Shown piece after piece: positions 56,884-64,000 of a stretch of 64,000 nt of DNA (position 1 is its first letter; every line of letters begins with the position of its first letter). Made by a program: the position numbers and the translations under genes. Source of the DNA: a virus (taxonomy: Duplodnaviria > Caudoviricetes); IMG/VR virus record IMGVR_UViG_3300020112_002303, positions 1 to 64,000 of that record; one strand, written 5' to 3'. The notes beneath the pieces are model-generated. The model was not told where the DNA came from, did no database searches, and was given only the letters and a program-made list of their open reading frames with translations.

Positions 56884-58365
56884 ATGGGAAAATATTTAGG
56901 CGGGAATATCATATACGAGCTTCCTAATTATAAAAACTGTACTTTATATTTCACTGATGATAAGGCTCGTTATAGTGTCGGTTTTCTCGTATCCCCCTCG
57001 TCATATTCCGCCCTACAATCATTTACAAGAAATTCCACAAAAATGCTTAATGGCTGGAGTATTCATTCTACCGGCAAAGAACCGGGCAATCTGAACATTT
57101 CGGGATTTTTCCTCGACTCTTATCAAATTCAAGAAAGACTCAATTTTATTATACAGTATCGCCTTTTAATGCAGTGCGAACAAAATGATGTTCACGAATA
57201 CACAAATCAATTCGAGCAAGAAATCGAAATTGAAGGAATGATATATCGGGGATTAGTTTCAAGCTTTTCATATTCAAAAGACCAGTCCCGACCATATTTA
57301 TATAATTTCAGTCTTACATTTGTTTTTGTAGAAGTTCGAGAATCTTCCCCGTCGGATTCACGACTCCCGGAATACGCCAGAGATAAACTTAACGATGGAA
57401 GAACATATGTTTATGATGATCAAATGTCGCTTGTGCCTGAAGCACCGACAAAAGTTTCTATTGATACTGTAACCGGTAATAATTATAGTCGAATATATAC
57501 TGTATCGTCAGATACGAAACTTCAAGAAAAAGAAGAGGTTCAAAAAAAAGAACAAGATAAAGAAGATAGGCAGGATGGAAAATTTTATGTAAATAAATCT
57601 TCTCACAAACTTTCTATCGATGGAGGAAAAAGTTTTTTTTATGGTGCCAAAATAACCGATACCGATGAGAGAAACTTAGTAGAATATATTGTAGACGCTT
57701 TAAAAGGAGATTTGATTCAGATTTATTTTATAGAAACTAGCGATACAGCAAAATACACTGCTACTAATTATGATAAAAGTGAAGATTCCGTAAAATTTTC
57801 AAAAGACAAAGTTAAATTTAAGTCTAAGTCTAATCTTATTTGCAAACTTGAGAGTTGGGCAGGAGGAAATGCAGGAAATCCGGATTACGGAAATGTTAAA
57901 AGAGCCGATTTAGGCAAGGCAAAGAACTGGGAAATTGATACAAAGTATACAAGTTTATCAAAAAAAGTCACTACAACAAAAAGCACATCAAGCTATTCGT
58001 CGATTAAGACTATTTCTACTCTTACTCCAACAGTTACTATTACTCTTGATAGTGATGGTAATCCTACAAAATATAAAACAGTTATGACCGTTCAAGCGAC
58101 AGGATACACTTATACCGGCAATAAATGCTCTACTGGTGTTTGGCCACAACCTGGATATATAGCAGTAAATCCTGAAAAAATTCCATATGGGACGAAAATG
58201 TATATTAAATCTTCTGACGGAAAATATATTTATGGATACGCTGAAGCAAAGGATACCGGAGGATTTATAAAAGAAAAGCCAAACAATGTTGATTTGTTTT
58301 TTGAGACGACTAAAGAATGTAAGGATTTTGGCAGAAGAAATGTTGAAATTTATATACTTGAATAA
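56884..58365 (+). CDS. baseplate/tube-initiator protein with C-terminal 3D domain
   Basis: ATGYT, IAVNP.KIPYGT, A.DTGGFIK, VDLF, FGRR. Confidence 0.8.
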   Translation: MGKYLGGNIIYELPNYKNCTLYFTDDKARYSVGFLVSPSSYSALQSFTRNSTKMLNGWSIHSTGKEPGNLNISGFFLDSYQIQERLNFIIQYRLLMQCEQNDVHEYTNQFEQEIEIEGMIYRGLVSSFSYSKDQSRPYLYNFSLTFVFVEVRESSPSDSRLPEYARDKLNDGRTYVYDDQMSLVPEAPTKVSIDTVTGNNYSRIYTVSSDTKLQEKEEVQKKEQDKEDRQDGKFYVNKSSHKLSIDGGKSFFYGAKITDTDERNLVEYIVDALKGDLIQIYFIETSDTAKYTATNYDKSEDSVKFSKDKVKFKSKSNLICKLESWAGGNAGNPDYGNVKRADLGKAKNWEIDTKYTSLSKKVTTTKSTSSYSSIKTISTLTPTVTITLDSDGNPTKYKTVMTVQATGYTYTGNKCSTGVWPQPGYIAVNPEKIPYGTKMYIKSSDGKYIYGYAEAKDTGGFIKEKPNNVDLFFETTKECKDFGRRNVEIYILE

Positions 58366-58374
58366 AGGAGGATA

Positions 58375-59457
58375 TTGTTGATGAACTCTATTGAAAAACG
58401 AGAAAGGTCTCGATGGGAAAGCAATCCGTCAACAGTATTTTCCTCTCAAGATATTATTGACGAGAATTCAAATTATTTATATGAAAACGGAGTAATAAAA
58501 TTCACAGATAATAATGACAATGTTCACAAAGTAGGTTTTATGGTAGGTCCTAATGCTTATTCTGTTATTTATCAAAATAAAGTAGGGACTAAAAAGACGA
58601 CATCTGGAAATCATCTTTACTACTCCGGTGTTTATCCCGGACAGCTAAGTATTTCGAGTTATCTTATCGATACCGCAGATCTTCCGGAAAGATTGGTGCT
58701 TATTGATAACATTGCAAAAAATGCGACTGACTGCAAAAACGACGAAGGATATCATTCTGTGTTATCTTGTTCAATTGATATTGAAGGAGTGGAATATTTC
58801 GGAGAAATATCATCATTTTCTTACGAAAAATCTTCGAGCCAACAATTTCTATATCAATTTTCATTATCTTTCGTTTTTTATAATGTTCGCACCACTGTTC
58901 CCGATCTTTCTGCGACTGACGTGGAAAATACATTATCAGACGAAGGTGTAGTTTTAAGTGAATCGGATTATTTCAATATTAAAGATACTTCTAAGCAAGG
59001 ATTTTCAACAGATGATACTCAGTCTTCCGAAAATTCCACAATAGAAGAAGATGCAACTTTCACGTCAAAAATAAATGCTCATGCTCAGATAAAATTAACA
59101 AAAGGAACTGCCATTTATAATGTTAATCCTTCAAACGGAAATATAAAAGGTATGTTCTATATTGTTCCGGTAAAAATGAAAACGAATAAAAAGACTACTG
59201 ATAAATACATTTCCGTAGTCGAAGGAAAAACGTATATACTTATAAATACAACAGATTCTGAAGGAAATCTTCCTTCTGAATGTAAAATATATTCGAAAAA
59301 ATACTTAGATGTCGAGAATTATTATCCTCCTCAAGAAAATCCTCACAAGATTGTTGAGGATTTGCAAAAGAATGCATCAAAAAGAATAGTATCAGAACAA
59401 AAATCTTCATCTGATAGTGTTTTTATTGTTGATAAAAAATATGTTGACTTCGCTTAA
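58375..59457 (+). CDS. baseplate protein paralogous to N-terminus of 56884
   Basis: VGF.V.P, PG.L.IS, IEG..Y.G..SSFSY.K, Y.FSL.FVF shared. Confidence 0.7.
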   Translation: MLMNSIEKRERSRWESNPSTVFSSQDIIDENSNYLYENGVIKFTDNNDNVHKVGFMVGPNAYSVIYQNKVGTKKTTSGNHLYYSGVYPGQLSISSYLIDTADLPERLVLIDNIAKNATDCKNDEGYHSVLSCSIDIEGVEYFGEISSFSYEKSSSQQFLYQFSLSFVFYNVRTTVPDLSATDVENTLSDEGVVLSESDYFNIKDTSKQGFSTDDTQSSENSTIEEDATFTSKINAHAQIKLTKGTAIYNVNPSNGNIKGMFYIVPVKMKTNKKTTDKYISVVEGKTYILINTTDSEGNLPSECKIYSKKYLDVENYYPPQENPHKIVEDLQKNASKRIVSEQKSSSDSVFIVDKKYVDFA

Positions 59458-59486
59458 CAAAAAATAAAAACAAAAGAGGGATTAAC

Positions 59487-62084
59487 TTGTCTTATAAAAA
59501 TAGACGATTAGCATTGCGTGGAAATCACGACTATAAAATATTTTTTGATGATATACAGGTAGATCATTTAGTTGAGTCGTACTCTTGTACAATAAGCTGT
59601 AATGGTTCATATAATTCTGCGTCAATAACGATGATATATCATCCTGATTTAGACAGAATTACCCATAACTTAAATAAGGACAATGTTATTTCTTATAACT
59701 TAAATCTTGCAGATAACGAAAAACGCGTCTTCACTATAGATGATGGCGTAGAAAACATGACAAATATTCGTATTTTCGTCAAAAATATATTTTCAGGAAG
59801 ATATATTCAAATATTCGAAGGAAATGTTAGAGCGAAGAGAAGCTCAATAATTGACGGAGAAAGGTCAATTACATTCGTTGCTTATGATTACATGAACTGG
59901 CTTAATCGAATATTGTGTCCGTGGACTGTAAGTATTAATAGTGAGATTTTTGCACCGGACTTGTTGCAATGGGCAGCGTATGGCATTAAAATAAGTGATG
60001 CAGTTATAGCAAATTCTACCACAAACCAATACGAAAATAAAGCATTGTCCCTTGCTGTTGCAATAAATAGAGCTATACAATTTTCTTATCTAAACAATAT
60101 TTTTCTTAGTGAAGAAGATTCTGTTCTTGCTTGGGATAAACCGCTGTTGCGTTTCGATTTAATGGGTGATATATCTGAAAAATTAAGAAATGAAAGTTTC
60201 TGGGGAAATGTTATAGAAACTACTGTAACAAGAACGGACTCTTTTTATTTGAAGTTACAACAAATTTTGAACAATCTTATATTTGAATATTTTCAAGATA
60301 GAGACGGAATAATAAGGATAAAACCATCGTTTTGGAATATGGATGTTTTAAAAAATTCCGTTATTGATTCCTCGATGATACAGAGCTTTAATGACGAAAC
60401 AAATTGGAATAATTTTTATACAAGGATGGTCTGTAAGGGTGAGGCTGATCAGATATATACTGATGATGCAACCATGTTTACGCCTACTGCTGTCGCAACA
60501 TTTAAGGGTGCCGTTACAAGTAAATCAAAAGAAGCTGCTCAAAACGATAAGGTTTTAAACATATCAGGGACTTCGGCTGCCACTAATGATAATGCTGTCG
60601 GTGAAGACGGACTTGTTTGTTATCCTTATATTGACTCTTTTACAATTACACAAAAATGGAAAACAGGAACTCATAACGGTATAGATTTGGTTGGGTCATC
60701 AAATACTGCTCCGCTTTATAGTATTGTAGGAGGAGAGGTTACTCATGTCAATGATGAGCTCGGTCATACACAAGGGTATTGTTTAGAAGTATATAGTGAA
60801 CGATATAATGTTTATGTTGTATTTATGCATATGAACAGTGCGCCGCGCAGAAGTAATGGATTAGCTATAAAGAAGGGGGATACTGTTACTGCCGGAGAGC
60901 TTGTAGGATATCAAGGCAACACCGGTGAATCCAGAGGATATCATTTGCATTTAGAAGTTAATAATGTTCCTTGGGCAAAAAGAAAAACAACAAACAATTG
61001 GAACGCTAACCCCGCAGCATTTATAGGAATAGAAAATGTAGAAGGCAAATCTTATGTTCTCATTAGCAAAAGCAATAAAAACAGAAGTGGTGGTTCCGGC
61101 AACTCGCCTTATGATAAATCGAAATCCCCGTCGACAGTGTCGTCAGGCATAGAAAATAATATCTACCCTTCCATTTCTTACGACTATGACGAAGAAGCAG
61201 CTAAAAAATTGCTTGAAATGAGTGAAATGGAAAAAAGATACGGACCACTTATTGATGATAAAACACAACCTATGATTAAGTTTGAAAATGTAGAGGGGTA
61301 CACTTACGGATTTGATAGTTCAAGTGCAACGGAATCCGAAATAGAGACAAAGGCTTACGAAGCTCTTGTAGAGTATGCTAAGTTTGAACTTAATTATAGG
61401 AACGCTGAAAGCAGTGTTGCTAATGCGACTACAGTTTCTATGCCTTGGCTTAGACCGGGAACAAATGTATGGATAGATCCTACAAGTATTGATAAAATAT
61501 TTTACCTTTCATCTATAACTCATTCCGGAAATCCTAAAAGCGGTTGTTTTTCAAGTCTTACATTAAATATAGGTAGACGGAGAGAAAATTTCTTGAACGG
61601 AACAGTTGCTTTTGGAGCAAGACTGGATAATGGAACACAGGACATTTTTGTGAGCGAGGTTTACAAGGATGTTTCCACTTTCGGAGAAACAGTAGATGAT
61701 TATGATAAAGTAAGAGAAGATCTTGATGATTATCATAAGGTAAAGAAAGAAAAAGTATTAAATGCCGAGTTGGATGAAAACATATTAAAAACGCTATACA
61801 CAAATGATAATAATACTATCAGAAAAAACGAAGTGTCTTTTGAAGCAAGCGGAGATAATTTTGGCTCCGGTGGAACTGATGATAAAAAGACGGTTAGTGG
61901 TTCTTTTTTGGTTTTCGATGGAGAGTATTCATTGGCTCAAATACAGTCCGCCCTTACAGATCTTTATACTTCAGATTCGACTCCTGATATTATAAAAAAG
62001 AGAAGATCGAGGCTGAAATCAATTATAGAAAATGTTACAACAGTAATGAAATCTATTTATGTTTCAGAAAATCCAATAAAATAA
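59487..62084 (+). CDS. baseplate hub with inserted M23 peptidase
   Basis: EYFQDRDG, PWLRPG, YLSSITH hub motifs; HNGID, MHM, GNTG.S.GYHLH. Confidence 0.82.
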   Translation: MSYKNRRLALRGNHDYKIFFDDIQVDHLVESYSCTISCNGSYNSASITMIYHPDLDRITHNLNKDNVISYNLNLADNEKRVFTIDDGVENMTNIRIFVKNIFSGRYIQIFEGNVRAKRSSIIDGERSITFVAYDYMNWLNRILCPWTVSINSEIFAPDLLQWAAYGIKISDAVIANSTTNQYENKALSLAVAINRAIQFSYLNNIFLSEEDSVLAWDKPLLRFDLMGDISEKLRNESFWGNVIETTVTRTDSFYLKLQQILNNLIFEYFQDRDGIIRIKPSFWNMDVLKNSVIDSSMIQSFNDETNWNNFYTRMVCKGEADQIYTDDATMFTPTAVATFKGAVTSKSKEAAQNDKVLNISGTSAATNDNAVGEDGLVCYPYIDSFTITQKWKTGTHNGIDLVGSSNTAPLYSIVGGEVTHVNDELGHTQGYCLEVYSERYNVYVVFMHMNSAPRRSNGLAIKKGDTVTAGELVGYQGNTGESRGYHLHLEVNNVPWAKRKTTNNWNANPAAFIGIENVEGKSYVLISKSNKNRSGGSGNSPYDKSKSPSTVSSGIENNIYPSISYDYDEEAAKKLLEMSEMEKRYGPLIDDKTQPMIKFENVEGYTYGFDSSSATESEIETKAYEALVEYAKFELNYRNAESSVANATTVSMPWLRPGTNVWIDPTSIDKIFYLSSITHSGNPKSGCFSSLTLNIGRRRENFLNGTVAFGARLDNGTQDIFVSEVYKDVSTFGETVDDYDKVREDLDDYHKVKKEKVLNAELDENILKTLYTNDNNTIRKNEVSFEASGDNFGSGGTDDKKTVSGSFLVFDGEYSLAQIQSALTDLYTSDSTPDIIKKRRSRLKSIIENVTTVMKSIYVSENPIK

Positions 62085-62098
62085 GAGGTGAATTTTAA

Positions 62099-63163
62099 GT
62101 GAACAACCTGGATACATTTAATGGCACAAGAGAATATGCGCAGAGACAAAAAGACCGTCCCATTCTTGATATTGGATATGTAACGGCTGTTGACCCTGTA
62201 AACATCAAAGCCTCCGTAAAATTGCCTTATAGAAATACTATATTAAAAAATCTGCCGATATCTTTTAATTTCATGTCTTATGAGTTCGGAAACATTTCTT
62301 TTCCGCAAATAGGGAGCCCTGTAATTATTATGAGGTCGAGAAATATTCCTCCGTTCATTCTTTGTTCTGCTGGAAAACTGTTCAATTACGGTTCACGAAG
62401 CGATCTCACTGATATCGAACAATTGTTTGCAAATAAGGCAAGAGCATTCTTAAAACAAGCTTGTGACGGAGGACAAAATTTAGTTAGTGGTAATTTTGAT
62501 GTTTTCGAGCAAGATTCATTAGGGCAAACATCCAAAATAAGTAGATCGTTTGCTGACATTACACCTAATTGCAGAGATTTTGTAACAACAATAATAAATG
62601 GATATGGAATAAATTATAAGAAGATTGTTCAAAGAACTATAAGATATACTGTCTCAAGTGCCAGTACGATTGAAACAAATGCCGTAAATATTATTGAATA
62701 TGCAAAAGCTCTTGCTGATAAGCTTGACGCTTGTATTAATGCGCCGAATGGAGAAAATCCTGTCACTATCAACAGTTTGCGTTCTATTTCCGAATTTCTT
62801 GATACAAAGGATATTTTTGGAGAGACCGAATATCCAACAAGCACTAAAGATAATATTGATGAATTTTCGGAAGCAATATTAAATGTATCGAGTTTGATGC
62901 TTTGGTTTAATGGCTCGGAGATTGTGCAGTATGGCGATGTCGTCGTGGTACAAACCGGCGCACGAATTTCAAGCAATATAGAAAATATAAATGAGCTCGA
63001 AGATGAAATGGCAGACACTGTTGATTTCAGCGGAGCAAGAACGATATTCTCATTGGATTATGCATCAAGTAAAAATGGTGATTTAGAAAAGAAATTTTCC
63101 GTTACTAATAGGGGCGCAAAAATAAATGAAGGTAGTATCGGACGATTTGTACCGAATAATTAG
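62099..63163 (+). CDS. putative baseplate spike (gpV/gp5-like OB fold)
   Basis: G.VTAVD...V..P, FPQIGS.V. Confidence 0.55.
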   Translation: MNNLDTFNGTREYAQRQKDRPILDIGYVTAVDPVNIKASVKLPYRNTILKNLPISFNFMSYEFGNISFPQIGSPVIIMRSRNIPPFILCSAGKLFNYGSRSDLTDIEQLFANKARAFLKQACDGGQNLVSGNFDVFEQDSLGQTSKISRSFADITPNCRDFVTTIINGYGINYKKIVQRTIRYTVSSASTIETNAVNIIEYAKALADKLDACINAPNGENPVTINSLRSISEFLDTKDIFGETEYPTSTKDNIDEFSEAILNVSSLMLWFNGSEIVQYGDVVVVQTGARISSNIENINELEDEMADTVDFSGARTIFSLDYASSKNGDLEKKFSVTNRGAKINEGSIGRFVPNN

Positions 63164-63178
63164 TAGGGGGAAATCACT

Positions 63179-63505
63179 ATGTCGCAATTGCTTATGGAAA
63201 AGATGGCAATGATAAGAAATACTGTTGAAAGTTCAAATATCCGCTCTATTGGATATAGTCCAATTAGCAGAAAAATGGAAATTGAATTTAAAGGCGGAAG
63301 CATTTATCAATACAAGGGTGCATCAGCAAATGTGTATAAAAACATTATGGATGCGGAGTCGAAGGGTAAATATTTTCATAAAAATATCAGATATAAGTTG
63401 CCATATAAACAAGTATTAAATAAAGATGGTGAAAAAGTTAAGAGCGATTGGAAAGTATTAGATAATCCTAAATCTAAAAAGAAAACAGATGAAGACAAAT
63501 CATGA
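63179..63505 (+). CDS. KTSC-domain protein with MSQLLMEKMA leader
   Basis: VESSNIRSIGY, IEFKGGSIYQY, AESKGKYFHKNIR. Confidence 0.9.
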   Translation: MSQLLMEKMAMIRNTVESSNIRSIGYSPISRKMEIEFKGGSIYQYKGASANVYKNIMDAESKGKYFHKNIRYKLPYKQVLNKDGEKVKSDWKVLDNPKSKKKTDEDKS

Positions 63506-63534
63506 TATTTTAAAATGCAAATTTTAACAAGAAG

Positions 63535-63562
63535 AAAAAAGAGGGCCTGAGCCCTCTTTTTT
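63535..63562. terminator. bidirectional terminator
   Basis: A6-GAGGGC-ctga-GCCCTC-T6. Confidence 0.85.
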
Positions 63563-63998
63563 ATTTGAAATAGTGATTTTCTATATAACTTTTTTCGTTA
63601 AGCCATAGATTCAGATAATTAACCCTTGCGATATTTTTATCTTTTCTTTTCAAATTGCAATAATCCCTTTTAATGTAATTCATATAAATATCCGTAACTT
63701 TTGCAAGAGATATCTTTTTTATGAGTTCTTTTGTTTGAGTTGTTGCATTTTCAAAAAGCTTACTATTCATGTGTCCCGTTATAAATAAAGATTGTGCGTC
63801 TGTTTTCTTTAACAAATTCTTTATTTCGTCACTTTCTTTTTTGTCACGCAGAATTTTTCTTTGTGCTTTTTCGATTTCCTTTCTAATTCGAGAAATATCT
63901 CTGTTTATCTTGCTAATATTTCTGTTAACAATTGGTCCTGTGATTTGCTGTCCCATACCTTTAATGGTTCCGATTTTGCCTGATGTGCTTTCGTACAA
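63561..63998 (-). CDS. hypothetical basic protein, probably 5'-truncated by the window edge
   Basis: open frame to end of window. Confidence 0.55.
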   Translation of the reverse strand: MYESTSGKIGTIKGMGQQITGPIVNRNISKINRDISRIRKEIEKAQRKILRDKKESDEIKNLLKKTDAQSLFITGHMNSKLFENATTQTKELIKKISLAKVTDIYMNYIKRDYCNLKRKDKNIARVNYLNLWLNEKSYIENHYFK

Positions 63999-64000
63999 AA

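Noticed and set aside
1-64000. Stop-codon recoding, inteins or introns
   Set aside because: Standard code gives dense full-length ORFs ending in TAA, TAG and TGA; no intein or homing-nuclease motifs seen in TerL, RNAP or helicase

Overview
This AT-rich window is a 64-kb segment of a large tailed phage with a contractile tail (myovirus-type). The host is probably a Firmicute/Clostridia, judging from the SigA-type promoters, strong AAGGAGG RBSs, XlyA-like amidase and SPP1-type holin. The plus strand carries lysis genes, tail fibre/Ig proteins, TerL, portal, prohead protease, acidic scaffolds, two decoration proteins, major capsid, neck, sheath, tube, a frameshifted tail chaperone, tape measure, and baseplate proteins with 3D and M23 domains. 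A 2320-aa single-chain beta+beta' RNA polymerase sits inside the head operon. Minus-strand islands carry a eukaryote-like PARP with a TARG1-like macrodomain, a RecD/Dda helicase, AbrB, DUF488, a dATP/dGTP diphosphohydrolase, TSCPD, RuvC, SSB and HU. Four observations stand out. (1) An apparent capsid-cargo addressing and processing code: a 10-aa M-S-x-L-L-x-E-K-x-A leader and KxA-flanked acidic linkers are grafted onto unrelated payloads (KTSC, an HExxE protein, Gly-zipper membrane peptides), and KxA sites recur through the head proteins. (2) One gene (15856-16317) has a Shine-Dalgarno sequence in front of every one of its six Met codons. (3) The fused RNAP, together with SigA promoters on structural genes and a different 18-bp motif ahead of two minus-strand units. 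(4) The coupled PARP/macrodomain writer-eraser pair. No tRNA, CRISPR array or integrase was seen. All family assignments come from motif recognition by eye, not from database searches.
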